Source: Lophium mytilinum
Lineage: Eukaryota
Direction of reading: 5' to 3'
Length of the DNA stretch: 64,000 nt
Assembly (NCBI GenBank): GCA_010093605.1
Contig: MU004182.1
Coordinates: 2,279,195-2,343,194 of the forward strand
The notes beneath the pieces were generated by a model. It worked only from the letters and a program-made list of their open reading frames with translations, was not told the origin of the DNA and did no database searches. This document shows, in pieces, positions 50,079 through 63,073 of this stretch (position 1 is its first letter; each line of letters starts with the position of its first letter). The position numbers and the translations under genes are program-made.

Positions 50079-50723
50079 CTATTTAGGATACCAGGCCTCG
50101 CTGTGACTCTGCAACATCGCAAGCTCCGTCACCAAACGGCCCAGGCGGACGCCAGTCTCGTCGCGGACGTCAAAGGCCATTACAGGGCCGTAGCACACTT
50201 CGATTCTCGTGCACGGCGGACTGGCCACCTGCATATCCTCCCAGGTTGCCCGGTGATCGGCGTCGGCTCCAGATGCTGCAACTCCGATATTCGGCATGGT
50301 GAAGTCGAGCCGCCGGTTCGCTATCAATCTGACAGTGGAGATATCTCGAGCACGAGGATGGAAAACTTGATATCTCATCCAACCTGGCGAATCTTCGGTA
50401 TCGCTACTGTGTGGCTCCAGGAAGGGGTTGAGATGCTTGGCCGTGATAAGCCTGTGGACTTGAGGCGGATCATAAACCCGGCCACGCCAGGTGGTGATAG
50501 TGACCTCTTCGTCTTCGTATATGGCTGGTGGCGAGGACGGGTCGCGAGGTATAAGCCACATGGCCTGCTGGAGTGGAGAGGAGTTGGCAATGACCTCCTT
50601 CCATTGCTTGCAGACGCGCTGAGCTTGGAAGATGTTTTGGATTGGGAGCTCGAGGAGGATGAATTCGAGTAGCTCGGTGACGCCGAGGACGCGTTTTGCT
50701 GCTGACGCCTCCATCTTCTCCAT
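50079..50723 (-). CDS. F-box domain protein (paralog 1)
   Basis: VLGVTELLEFILLELPIQNIFQAQRVCKQWKEVIANSSPLQQAMWL. Confidence 0.85.
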   Translation of the reverse strand: MEKMEASAAKRVLGVTELLEFILLELPIQNIFQAQRVCKQWKEVIANSSPLQQAMWLIPRDPSSPPAIYEDEEVTITTWRGRVYDPPQVHRLITAKHLNPFLEPHSSDTEDSPGWMRYQVFHPRARDISTVRLIANRRLDFTMPNIGVAASGADADHRATWEDMQVASPPCTRIEVCYGPVMAFDVRDETGVRLGRLVTELAMLQSHSEAWYPK

Positions 50724-51219
50724 TGTCGAGGTGAGGTGGCGACTTGTGGATGAGGAAGCAAGGCGGGTGTTGTAAACTTGGGTAGCGGTCTTCTAAGTGA
50801 GTTCGGTCCGTCGTCGTACCGATGAAAATCATGCTAATTTGACTATATATGATCCCACTCACTTTTATTGACCGAGGATAATACTTGGGAGGTGCATGTC
50901 ACTAGGCTTCGCGAGGACTCACCCTCATCAAATGTATCACAGTTCACAGATAGGTATGTATGTATTTCAGGTATATGTACAAACGATTTTGTCACTTTCG
51001 AAAGACCAAGCCATTCAACTTCCACCTCCGTCTCCTTTGGAAATTGAAAAGTCACTCTCTCTGTTGAAGTGAAACCATGCATCCGTAGGTCTATCTAAGG
51101 TGGTGTCAGGACTGCCAGGCCCGCCTTCACACTTCTTATATACTCGCACAGGTTCAAGGCTCCCAGGGACCTAGCTAGCTCACTCAACCTATGGGTTGGG
51201 CCCCGGCTTGCTGCCCGCT

Positions 51220-51882
51220 TCATCCGCAAAACACCCATCTCGTCGTGTCAGCCCAAAAATCTCTCCGCTCCAACGACGCAACCGCCCTCACCAGCTGTCC
51301 CAAGCGGACTCCAGTCTCATCCCGAAGGACCAGGGGCACCTCGTAGTGGAAGCTCGCTGTCTCAACGACCTTACAAGGCGGGCTTGCAATCTGCATATGC
51401 TCCCACGTCGCCTTGAAGTTGGCATCGGATGCTCCGGAGTCGGTCGTCGGTACGTGCAACCGGATTTTCTTTCGAGATACCACGCGGATGATGTCGCCGT
51501 CGCCCTCGTTGCTGCCCGTGTCCACCTCCCACATCGGTCCGCTCGGCAAAGGGTTGGCGGGAAGGGAGCGGTCTTGGAAAAGGGGGTTTTGGTGGGACGC
51601 GTCGAGGTATTTGATGACGGAGGGAGCTTCATCCGGAACCAGGCTGAGCTGCCATAGGTGGTAGGCGGGGGCTTCAGTTCCTTCGTACTTAGCGGGTACT
51701 GAGGAGGGATTGGCGGGTGCGAGCCACATGGCGTGTTGAATGGGGAATGAGCTGGAGATGGCGGCCTTCCAGCCTTTACAGACACGCTGGGCTTGGTAGA
51801 GGTCTCGTAGAGGGAGTCCGAGAAGAATGAGCTCGAGAAGCTCGCTAATTCCGAGGGTGCGGTTGGTCGCTAATGCCTCCAT
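51220..51882 (-). CDS. F-box domain protein (paralog 2)
   Basis: TLGISELLELILLGLPLRDLYQAQRVCKGWKAAISSSFPIQHAMWL; shares ATWExMQxASPPC and RDETGVRLGxLV with paralog 1. Confidence 0.85.
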   Translation of the reverse strand: MEALATNRTLGISELLELILLGLPLRDLYQAQRVCKGWKAAISSSFPIQHAMWLAPANPSSVPAKYEGTEAPAYHLWQLSLVPDEAPSVIKYLDASHQNPLFQDRSLPANPLPSGPMWEVDTGSNEGDGDIIRVVSRKKIRLHVPTTDSGASDANFKATWEHMQIASPPCKVVETASFHYEVPLVLRDETGVRLGQLVRAVASLERRDFWADTTRWVFCG

Positions 51883-52256
51883 TGTCGAGCGGGCCTGTGG
51901 AAGTTATGAGCTGCGGTTGTGCTTCTCTCGCGGTGAGCTTCTAGGTTTTTTCAATGGCGGAAGGGGTTTTATGCTGACACAAATCTATGCATTAGATTCC
52001 ATTCACTTCCCTCGCGGTGTCCTTTCCAGTGCCTCACTAGGATATCTGTAGACTCGTTTACGGTCACTTGAAGAGCGTCATAGTCCAGTTTCTATTAGTA
52101 CGTTGGAGGTCCAAAACCCGCGGTAGAAGAGTGGACGGATACCTCTAGTAAGGTACTGTACTTACAATATTTAGTGAGCAGCAAGCCTATTAGGTCGTAA
52201 GACAGTCCCACTCTTAGCCTATGAATCGCTTACCCGTTTTCCGACCCTACATCTCA

Positions 52257-53114
52257 TTACAAAAACGAAAGTTTATATGCAGTATGGCAGCCACTTAGAG
52301 ATGCCACAGCACACAGTGCCCATATAAGCCAATCCGCCGCTTCTGAAAGTGCGTTCAGGTCAAACATGACACATAGGAAAAGAGGAACTACCGCCGCAGC
52401 CAAATACGACCAACGAACCATGCTGAAAAAGAACACAGGAACGAGCACCCACGGCAAATGCACCCAAAAGAATCGCTGGCACTCCCAGACGATGGTTCCA
52501 AAGGTCGCAACAATAGCACTGCCGTCCAAGAGTAGCCCGCTGCGTAACTTTGGGATCCAAAGACCGTCATATTCTGGTTTGCGCAAGTCCCAGTGCAGCA
52601 TGAATGCGGCCATATAGAGCTCTACTGAAATCAAGGAGACCTCGAGCATCGCTGCGAACATTGTAACAATTGGCAGGATACCTCCAAGTGCAAAAAGAAA
52701 CGAGTCTTTCAGATCTCTCGGTGCGGAACGAACGCCTTGCGCGAAGGATTGCACACGTTGCTGGAGCCAATTCCCGAGCCAGTTCCTGCGCCGCTCGCGC
52801 TCGGCCGCATTCATCCCCGTATAAACAAAAGCGAGATCCGGAGTCCTGTCGCTATTCCAACTCGATGTATCTAGCAACGGGATCCACGTTGCCGCATTTT
52901 TTGTCGAACTGAGAATATCCCGTCTTACTTGATCGATGATGTTCGCAATCAAGCCCGCGCGTTGCGGTGCTATTCTCTTGCGGGAGCTTGGATGGAACTT
53001 CCCGAAATTGAACCATTTGTTGCCCCAGATGTCCTCGTTGTACCAGCCTTGTCTAATATAGAACCTAGGGTCCCGGTCGTCTCTTCCCGTGTCTGCGAAT
53101 ATGTTGTTGTCCAT
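52257..53114 (-). CDS. Hypothetical membrane protein
   Basis: 285-aa ATG ORF with several hydrophobic segments in the C-terminal half. Confidence 0.55.
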   Translation of the reverse strand: MDNNIFADTGRDDRDPRFYIRQGWYNEDIWGNKWFNFGKFHPSSRKRIAPQRAGLIANIIDQVRRDILSSTKNAATWIPLLDTSSWNSDRTPDLAFVYTGMNAAERERRRNWLGNWLQQRVQSFAQGVRSAPRDLKDSFLFALGGILPIVTMFAAMLEVSLISVELYMAAFMLHWDLRKPEYDGLWIPKLRSGLLLDGSAIVATFGTIVWECQRFFWVHLPWVLVPVFFFSMVRWSYLAAAVVPLFLCVMFDLNALSEAADWLIWALCAVASLSGCHTAYKLSFL

Positions 53115-53641
53115 TGGGGTTATTTTGAATAGCGACGAAGACTAGGAGTAGTAATATGTGAATGTCTGCTGATAACAAGCGAGTTTTTGTGATCGTGCGG
53201 ATTTCCTGCTGTAAGTATTAGAAGCCAATTCACGAGTTCACGAGAGCTTTTGTTCTGTATTACGGCTTTCTGGTTCTACTGAAGTGTTCTGGTATGCTCG
53301 GCACTGCATCATCCAGCTATGTTTTCGTGCTTTAAAGAACCATAGACCATCAACAAAGACCTTCGTACCCACCCGGCGAATGAAAGACGGGCAACATAGC
53401 AACAAAGGCCCTGCCAACAACCAAAGCACAATGCAGACAAAGAACTGCCAAACATGCGAAACCGACTACACTCGATACGAAACACACCCATCGTCCACCC
53501 CCAAAGTTCACGTTCGCCATCTTCAACACCATCTCTATTTCCCATCACCACTATCAAACTTAACCACTACTCTTCTCTAGCAAACCTTTGGTAACTCTAT
53601 ACTATTTCACTCTCTACCAAACTACCTACTAAGCCCGCACC

Positions 53642-54001
53642 ATGCGCCCGCCCACTCTAAACCTCGCCCTGCTCTCCCTCTTCGAATCCCTCATCTTCCT
53701 TTTCATCACCATGCTGGGCCTCTCCCTCTCCATCGAATTCGTCAAGCTCTTCCGAGCCGCCGCCGTGTTTAGCCTGCGCGACATCGTTTCAGCTACCCGA
53801 TCCGACAACGGCAACGCCTTCATGGTTTGGAGTCTCGGCAATCTCTTCGAGCGTTACCTTTTCGCATGGCAAAATAGAGTTCTCGACTGGCAGGCTACGC
53901 TGATGAGCCAGTTCTGGTGGGTCGTTGGGGGTTTTTTTGTTGCTAATGTGATTCGGAGGGTACCTGTTCTATCTCGGCATAGGCTGGAGGGTCGAATGTA
54001 G
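53642..54001 (+). CDS. Small hypothetical membrane protein
   Basis: 119-aa ATG ORF with two hydrophobic segments and the C-rich-to-G-rich gradient seen in real genes of this window. Confidence 0.5.
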   Translation: MRPPTLNLALLSLFESLIFLFITMLGLSLSIEFVKLFRAAAVFSLRDIVSATRSDNGNAFMVWSLGNLFERYLFAWQNRVLDWQATLMSQFWWVVGGFFVANVIRRVPVLSRHRLEGRM

Positions 54002-54167
54002 AGCATGAAACGTCCATTTACGGGCCCTGACATAATCAAAACACTATAAAAGTGGCGCGGAACCACCTTACCAATCCGTTTGAGTGATGTTTGTGCCTAG
54101 AGCCGCTGTCTCGTCGAGCTCGGCATGTGTATCTTTATTACCTACCCCTTGAATCCCACGCCCGAAG

Positions 54168-56503
54168 CTACGCGGTATTCCATCTTCCGCATCCGTCACA
54201 AATCATATCTCTCAGGAAGTCATGATCTAGTGACTCCCGCCGCTCCTTAACTCGATGTCTGACTTCCACTGCAATCAAGTCAACGGCCTCGAGCACCACC
54301 TTCACGAAGTCGGGGCTTGCAGCTTTTAGGGTGACTCTGACGGGTTCCCCGGTTCTCCAGTCTCGCGGAGGCGAGTTTTGAATTTCCGAGTTCCACATGG
54401 ATCGAATAGCTGTTACATCTGCGGCGGATAATAAGGGTTCGGTGGCAGTGTCGAGCGATGGCATGGACAGAGCACCTAGGAAGCCGTCGATATCGGTAAC
54501 GACAAGACGTCTCTCCGCAGAGTGCGGTTCAGAGTCGGAGGCCTTCGGCGCCACGCTAACGAAGCAGTACTGGAAGCCAGTAGCGTTATACCCTTCCAGA
54601 TCTCCCCTCTGCTGAAAAACAATGGCGGTCCATTCTCCTGGCTCCGAGTAGCGTAAAGTACCGAGCGCACCACAGCGGTGACTGTTGCTGTTATTAAAAA
54701 AGGTGGGCGCGAGAGGGCGGATTCCAAAATCAGGCTAGAGTAGAGTCAGCGATAGTTTTCATTCAAGTATTTAAGAATGCGAGTCATCTAAGGATTCGAG
54801 TCCGAGCAAGGACGAATGTGTATACATAGACCTTCTTCTCGCTCAGAAATGAAGCACTCCAGTGGATGTTAGGAAGTCAATAAGAAATGAAACGTACCGC
54901 AGGACCCACAGCAAGAGAGGCTGCAACAAATCTACTATCCGCGTTGCCAATCGCATAGTCACGGAAGTTGGTACTGCGTAACATGCGTGCGATGGTGCAC
55001 ACGACGTGACTTAGAGGAGCACATGCATCTCGAATATCTGCGAATCTGCTTGGAGAATGGTAATGGTGTCTCCCAACTTCAGGACGAAGCTTATCACAGA
55101 GATTTCGTAATGCGGCATCGCGACCAGCCGTCATATCAGTGTCCCTCTCTTCGAGCTCAAGCCGCAGAATTTGAGAGACAGGTGACGTGTGCCCGGGTCC
55201 GGTCATAAGATTATATGGAGAAGGCGCGGACTGTTTGCCGGTAGCGAGAAAAGCAATGAAAATATCCGTGTGAAGCAATTCGGAAACACCAGATTCGGCT
55301 ATTGCAGCTACCGCAGACTTCAAGTCGAGCTGCGGCATATGCATGAGAACGACTCTCTTCAGGATCTTGCAGCTTGACGCCAACGCTTTCAAGTCTTCGC
55401 CAGTGATATTGCACAGGGAGAGGTCGAGATCTGTTGCCGTAGAAGTGACTTTAAGATCCTCCAACAACTGGAGGATCGCGGTTCTCGGCATTTCAGAGAA
55501 CGGACTTAGATCGATTTTAGCTTCCCCTCGGAACGCCTTCCGAAAAAGGGCAGTTCCGCCAGGATACTTCGAAGAGAAGTCATTAGCGAGATATTCAAGG
55601 AGAGCTTTTCGAGCCATTGTTGTGAAATCGGGGAGCATTTCGGCATCCTGGATCCAAGTTCCGTGTTCGGGGTCCTCAAGTGCTATTTGAACCACACGCC
55701 GAAACGAAAGCGTACGGAGGCTGGTCATAGAGTTTTCCAATGGCTTTGGCGAGTTCACTGGTATGGCTGAACAGTCCAGATACCCTGGAAAATCGGCTCG
55801 GTCCCGCCATCTCTCCTGTGGCCATGTTTCCTTGAGTGTCTCTTTCGATATAAGTGGTCTCGCGTTGCATCTCATCAATGCTGGGTCCAAGTCCAACGGT
55901 TCATCGTGACAGTCTCTGACATATTCTGTACCTTTCAGAGGAGTGAAATAAGGCTCTCGCGTAGCCGCTTTATCCTCTTCCTCTTCTTCTCCCTCGTCGT
56001 CATGCGTCGGATACCGACGCTGTAGACGTACGAAGCAATACCGTATTTGATTCATATCCGTGATATCGAGGACTGTGATGCCATCATTGCTGGCGACCTC
56101 ATTGAGCTTTGTGTTGATCCGCAATACGTGCGCAGAGTTGGCGTAATGTGGAGGAAGACATGAAGCGCCAAGTACAAGGCAAGTAAGGATGAATGGGAAG
56201 GGCCGCGGACCAACTCCACCGCCCTGAGGTGTCTTGTAGTTCCAGGTCTCTTCGTTAAGTGTCGCAGCATGCTTGAGGTCATGGCGTAGTAATGCGCGAT
56301 TGGCCGGCGAAGAGAAGATTTGGTATAGCAAGTCACAGTCTTCAAAGAATGAGTCAACATGGAGACAGGTGTGGAAACTCAAACTCGGTGAACTTACGTT
56401 GAGGTGCAGTATAATGATCGTGCAGCTGGTATTGAGCGACGGCCAGCACGCGATAACGAAGCTTGACTCTCGCTATCACGAATATTGGATGTTCTTGTCC
56501 CAT
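54168..56503 (-). CDS. Uncharacterised fungal protein with LRR-like segment (paralog A); introns 56340-56397 and ~54735-54897
   Basis: MGQEHPIFVIARVKLRYRVLAV; NDGITVLDITD...YCF; LDLSLCNITGEDL...LKRVVLMHMPQL; last exon PDF...PGEWT...YCFVS joins ORF 54168-54554 in frame. Confidence 0.7.
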
Positions 56504-57169
56504 ACCAATGGTGAAACACAATTTTGTATTGGAGCTTCGGAAAAGAAGTCGTGAACACTCGTTGGGCAAATGGCTGCTCACAACGACTGCATTGCCGTTT
56601 ATAGAGATTGTTCGACAAAGAGAGAAGAGGGACGTGGGTGCAGCGGCCTAAAACAGGTCACTGGCGCTCGCTCGCGTAGCGCTCACATGATCCCATATTA
56701 TCCACGTGCCTTTGTTTTGCCCATAGGCGAATACATACCTCCTCACGAGGCCGGACGAGAGTGCCTGGGCACCTGTTTCAAAGCTATAAAGCCCTCCTGG
56801 GACTGCTACCCTGAAACTGAAGCCCGAGGATCGGTGACGGTTGTTGCGACTACCATTAGCAAGATATGCGGTGATCACAGAGACCTCCACCTAACCATGG
56901 ATCGAGGCACCTGCCAAAGCTTTACACACTGATCATGTGATCATTGATTAATAGTGTTGTTGGAATCTGTTTCACCATCACTTCTGTACTACTCTTCCTT
57001 GCTGATTGATACTTCTTTACCACTTCCGGTTGCAGTCTCGTCAAGACCAAAAGAGTCAAGTAGCTGATCTCCAGCTTGAGAGCTCGAATCCCAGTTCAAA
57101 GTTAATGAGCCCTCATTGAAGCAATCAAACTAGTAGGAAACAGCACCTCTTCATAGCGGCTGCTACTAC

Positions 57170-59503
57170 TCACAGCCTCAGATTACCACACATCTTACAG
57201 ACCCCGGAATTGGCTCCAACCCTCCTATCGATGGCTCCAAACCTCCTAGCGATGGCTCCAACCATCCTATCGATGGCTTCAACCCTCCAATCGATGGTGG
57301 CCTTGATGTCTTTGAACACCTCTAGACAAGCCAACACGAACCCCTTCTCCAGGACTTTAAGATGTAGACCTGCAGTCTCGGTCACCCACATGGCCTTGAG
57401 GCGTTCTGCTTCTTTAGTGGAAATGGCCTTGAGGCGTTCTGCTTCTTTAGCGGAAGTGGCATTTTGGTACCGCGACCCCATCACGATGTCCAAAAAGTCA
57501 GATGCCTCGGCAACTATGACGTCTACATCTGATAGAGACGTGCAGTCACTATTTTCAACCGTAGTGACGAAAGCGTAGCCAACGCTCTTGATCTGGTTAT
57601 CTTTATCCATGATTCTAGCGGAAATGACGGTCCAAGTTCCAGGGCTGAGCGATTGGAACGCCGCGGTGGCGTGGCAGCGACCAGTCCCGGGACCGTGGAT
57701 AGGCGTATTGGATATGAAGGCGGGTAAGTGGCGAACTTTGTAATCGGGCTACGCATTAAAATTAATTGTTAGCCATTGCCTGGACGCCCTAGCCCGATTC
57801 TCCGGGTAAGAGATCTACTTACAGCATCTCCAAGGGCAAAAGCCGGCCCAGCAACCTGACATTCGTAAGGCTCAGACGGGGTCACCTCGAGATCCACACA
57901 GCGGAAAACGCCATTGAACAGTCGTGTCAGGGCGCATATTAGGTGCGTGGGCGTGGCCAGCGCATCACGTACGTCAAGAGTTGCGACTGAGTAGCAAGAC
58001 CTCTCTATGTTCTCTAGGTCGACGTAAAGCCTTCCATACGTGTCCGCTGATAACAAGGAGGGCGCACGGAATCCGGGCCAGCGACGACCTATATTGTCTT
58101 CGTGCAGCACAATATGAAGGATCTGAGCGACGGGAAAGGCGGTATTGGGGCCGATTAGCTCCCTCGGTCCGTGGTCTGGAAGGCTGCGGCCTGTTGCTCT
58201 ATACATCGGGTGTGTCCATGATGTGTCATAAAGATCACTATGGAACAGCTCGGTGATACCTGTGCCGGTAATTGCTGAAATAGTAGACGCGAGACTAAGT
58301 CCGGGTAGGTGCATGACTATCAGTTCTCTAAGATTTTTAGAACTCTGAACGATTGTTTCTAGGTCTTTGCTAGTAATATCACACATCGAGAGGTCTAGTG
58401 TAGTGGCACTAGTAAGGACGTCAGGATCTTTTAGAACCTTCATAATGTCGGCGTTCGGCCAGGACGAAAAGGGACTGAGATCCAAATGCTCTTTTCGACG
58501 AAGATGTTGTATCAGCAACGGTATGCCACCTGGATGTTGTGGCAGCTCTTTCGCGTTATCGGTGAGTGAGTTCCAAAGCATAAGATTAAAGAGGTCGACA
58601 GTCGCAGCACGTTCGAACCACCAATGATCCGGATGATGGAGAGCTTCTAGGAAGAGACACGGAAAAGACAATGCAAAAAGAGAGGGAGGTCTCGGCAGCG
58701 GCTCGCATTTTCTTTCGATGTCGTTACGAGAGCACCAGGATGTCCACGGCCATGTGCGCCGGAGTGCATCGGCATCAATGAGTGGAATGAAACGGAACCA
58801 GCTTGAAAGCTCTTCGGACGTAGTGCAGCCACTGTGGTATTTCATAAACTCCTCCGCAGTGAGGGGTCTCGTTTGGTACTTCTGCAGAGGATCCTTCGGA
58901 AGTTCCGGATTCCGATTAAGGGAACCCATTTGCAAGAAGCAATATCGAATGCGTGAAAGATCGGTGATGTCAATAACAGTAGCGTTGCTATCGTTATTGT
59001 GGTTTTCCCACCGCTCATATGGTATTGTTTGGAAATCTCGCATCTCAGCTACCTTGCTGTATTCCGGAGGAAGACATGCCGCTCCAAGAGCCAGGCATAG
59101 CGATAGGAATGGCAAAGGTTGTGACTTTTCAGTAAGCCGGTTCCAATATTCATCTTCCGAATTTGCGGCATGTTTCAGGTCGTGGAGAAGCAAAGACCGG
59201 TTAGCGAGGGAGGAAAAGATTTTGTATATCAATTCGCAGTCTGTGTCGAGCAGTCAGTGACGGTCAAAGCGCGGTGAACTATTATGCCTAATTGCAAAGG
59301 GTCTTAAAGCACCCATGGCAGTTGGAAATGAGTGTCTGAATACCCATCACAAGACAGTAGAGAATCCCACATGGTGGGATATAGAAGCAACACTTACGAC
59401 GAACAGCGAGATCGGCTCGCAAAGTTGGAACAATGGCCACTGCAAGCCCTCTATAGCGATGGCTGAGTTTTGCGATTACGAATATCTTGTGTTCGCGAGC
59501 CAT
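57170..59503 (-). CDS. Uncharacterised fungal protein with LRR-like segment (paralog B); introns ~59241-59397 and ~57749-57822
   Basis: MAREHKIFVIAKLSHRYRGLAV; NATVIDITD...YCF; LDLSMCDITSKDL...LRELIVMHLPGL; last exon PDY...PGTWT...YAFVT joins ORF 57170-57610. Confidence 0.7.
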
Positions 59504-59943
59504 GTCAACGAGCGAACTCTTCTCTGTTCGATTGAACGCAATAAAAGTGTAGTGATTAATCCTGAGTGCAGCGTGAAGAAGCAGCGAGCAAAAGGAAAGC
59601 GGTATTATGTTCGTTGGGCAATCGCGCCTGCGTGACCTGGCACTATAGACCTCTGGCCCTAGCTGAACTGAATGAAGGCATTGTCAATGTTCGAAGGTGC
59701 CTAAGTACACGTATCCCATCAAGCACAAGCTTTCATCACTGTGGAGTATAGACTCTATGTGGACTTCGTGCTAGAAACACCACCGATTGCGATAGGACTA
59801 GAAGCACCACGGACAGCGATAGGAAACACTGTGCACAAAGCTATTACGCCTCTGGAAGGATTATGATGTTTTATACTTGGAATGGTTAAGAACATTGAAT
59901 GAGAACATATTCAAAGAAACGCGTTGACTGCAAAGACTGTCGC

Positions 59944-60546
59944 TCAAAGTTTCGGCTTACCCTTCATCCTTATCCATAAGCCCTGGCCCTTCACCAAGAC
60001 GTCACCTTTCGCGTCTTTCACCACACAGCTCAACTCTATTTTACTACCTAGATCATTTACTTTTGTTTCAAAGCCAATAACCCCGGGACACGGTATGGGG
60101 CGAAGGTAGTTGATTTTCAACCACGCTGTCGCCATCCAACCAGCGAGGTCAGGCTCCTTCTCCTCGCCCTCATCCTCTAGACTGTCCCGACCATAGATAA
60201 GCTTGCCGTTGTGTTTTTCAACGCATAGCATGCCCCATGCCAGCGCTTCGTCAATGAGGGTGGACATGGCACCGCCGTGCATCATTCCCGGGAACCCAGT
60301 CAGGCCCGGGCCGTAGGAGACGAGGGTTGCGACATCTGTGATCAAGCCGTCGGGTGTTTCGGGTTTCTTGCAGAACTCGTACCAATGGCGCACGCCGTCG
60401 TTACTGCGCATCGTCTTGCGGTTGAAGCAGTCTTGGTTGCCCGTCGCGGTCAGACGGCTGCCGCGGATGGAGGCGGTCCATTGAGGATCGGAGAAGAGGG
60501 GGAGGGCCCACGGGAGGGACTTGAAGGTTTCGGGGTTTATAGCCAT
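59944..60546 (-). CDS. HotDog-fold thioesterase (PaaI/THEM4-like)
   Basis: GFPGMMHGGAMSTLIDE and TAWLKINYLRPI; C-terminal PKL is a possible PTS1. Confidence 0.85.
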   Translation of the reverse strand: MAINPETFKSLPWALPLFSDPQWTASIRGSRLTATGNQDCFNRKTMRSNDGVRHWYEFCKKPETPDGLITDVATLVSYGPGLTGFPGMMHGGAMSTLIDEALAWGMLCVEKHNGKLIYGRDSLEDEGEEKEPDLAGWMATAWLKINYLRPIPCPGVIGFETKVNDLGSKIELSCVVKDAKGDVLVKGQGLWIRMKGKPKL

Positions 60547-63073
60547 TGGGGTAAGGAGGGATGCGTGGTTGATGTCTCGTGTGTTCCTAGGCGTGAATGA
60601 GAAGAATGCGGGGGAGAGGATAGCTATATATCCTGCGGCAAGCCCATCGCCTCATCCCAGCTCGCCAATTCTCTCGATGATGTGTTAGGCGTCTGCTCTG
60701 GCCGCATAGATGAACACCACGGCACAGGCTGAGTCTGGGAGCTAGGAGGTAGCGGGGAAGCTCAGCGGTTGCTGCTAAAGGCTAGCTTTCCGAGAGAAAA
60801 CAGGTAAGCCTCTCTTCTTGTAGATCAATAACAGGCCTGCAAAGAGCATGCTAATACTAAGGTGATATCGAGTAGACGTGACTTCGACAAAGCGTAGAAC
60901 CTTCCTTCATCGTTATGGACTACGAGCATTAGGGCGACCTGGCGGGCGAAATCGAGCGGATGACTAAGCGGCGCTAACGCTCAAAGCATCAATTTCAGGC
61001 GTTCCTCACATCAGCACGGCGGCTATGTATGTAGCTGAGAATATAGGAGCTATTGGAACCTTTTACTGTCATGATAACTGTGCATTATGTTCCTGTTTTT
61101 CTTGCCGTTTGACACCCGGGTACGCTGCCTCCTTAAATCCGAGGTTGACTAGAGAGACACTCTCCTCCTCTTCTACAGGCAATTTTACAGCCTCGAACGC
61201 CGGAAAATATGATGGCTTCGGCGAAGGGCTTCCAACGGCCTGCCAACCACCACCTACTTCGTACTCTGTTGGACCGCGTCGCTTCTACGTGGTATCTCCT
61301 AGCCATTAAATTATCTACTCACAACTCCACTAGTCATACAGCCAAAAGAAGTCATCAAGGAACCTGAAAAGCGAGTCGATGGAAAGGAGTGTCTAGGATC
61401 TCACCAAATCCTCCTTAGAGTCTACTTCGGTGAATGCTACCGGTTCACCTTTGTAGTCTACACGAAACTGCAATTTGGCCGTGTCCAGTATCACCACCAG
61501 ATCATAAGTTGCAGATATGTACTTCTGTCCGGTCTCCGGGTCGTGGAAGCTACTCTCGTACCACAGCTTTTCGCACTCGATACCGTGCTCAACTGTGCAG
61601 AACCGCTCAACACGGGCAGACGATCAGGCGATGAATCGGAAGGTCTAAAAAGACTGGGAGGAAGAGCAATTGAGTCGTCAGAAAGCCCAACAAGAACAGG
61701 CCAGTCTCCAGCACCCTATTCGTGCTGAGGTGGAGGCAGATATTAAGAAAAAGCGGTCCAAACGCTCTATCTTCCTCCCTTCATACCCTCTATCATCAGC
61801 ATTCTGTCCATGTTTGTAGACATTCCGCCAGGTGTATCGGAGACCCTCAAGTCGTGGATGGGTAATGATGGATCCGGAAACGTGTGATCCAGTTTTCCCT
61901 AGTCTAATTTACCGGGTTCGAAGACTAGATATGGCAGGAAAGCCAATGCAAATCTCTACCGCTACTTTCGCATTCCGAGACCATGCTGAGATTCACATGC
62001 GAGTAATCCGACGCTGCCGAAACATGTATAACAGGACGGTTCGACACGGCACGAGAAGAAATGGGGTGGCATGGTTCAGCTATAATATCGGTCAGCCAAC
62101 TAAAAATAGCACAGGCAGACGACTTGCTGCAGGCAAAGACGATTCGAAGACGTGCTTCTAGAGAAGAAGTACGAATGATACATCTGGACACTGTACACGA
62201 CATATCGCAAACCTCCGGTCACCTTGCGTGACACTAAGGGCGCATCGGAGAGTGATCATCTGGACCACAAGCTCATAAACGAGGTAACCGCTTCCGGCCT
62301 CAGCCTTGTGAGCAGAAACGCCCCAACGCCGCTTTAAAACGGCCGATCCCGAGACGCGCGCAACGCCAGAAGAGGGGCCGAGACTCCTATCAACAAGAGC
62401 AAGCCTGCTCAAAAGAATGAATCTTCGTGTTCCTACCCGGGAATCCGAGAATCTCTACGGGGATGCCTTATGGCAGTATTTTCACGGCCTTCATGCCTTC
62501 CATGAACCCTGTATCTCCAATACAGAATGTAGCGGCGGGCAAATCGGAACGCGTTGACAGTATGCAAGCATCTGTGCAGCCATTGAAACCCTCGCATCAG
62601 CGAAAAATAGAGAAAGAGGTGCGAAGTTCCCGTCAAAGCAAGCGAGTCAGTCTTTTAATGATTTACAGTACCCTACTTGGGAGCCACCATTAAGTCCGCA
62701 CACAACAACCCAATTTCCTTTGGATCGAGACCCACGACCGCGGCCTAATACTGTAAATGAATCTCTTCATGAGAGAAGCCAGTCTCGCGAAGTCACTGAA
62801 AACAGTCAAGAATCGAGGCTTGGTATGCTACCCTCTATGAAACATACAGAATTATTCAGGTGGACTTACAAGTGGTACCACAGCGCGAGGAGACCGAGGA
62901 AGTTCGAGAGGCCCTGGATACAAACGAAATGAGACGGTTCGCGCAAGGTCATATTCAAAGAGTGTAGGTGGAATGTCACATTTCATCAAAGATCGACCTG
63001 GTGTAAGTAACTTTCTCTCTCAACATCTGTCTGAGCCGATAGCTCAAATTTCTAGCTCAACACATCTGAAAAG

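Noticed and set aside
54168..54554. Independent small genes at 54168-54554 and 57170-57610
   Set aside because: Both splice in frame as last exons of the upstream LRR-like paralogs.
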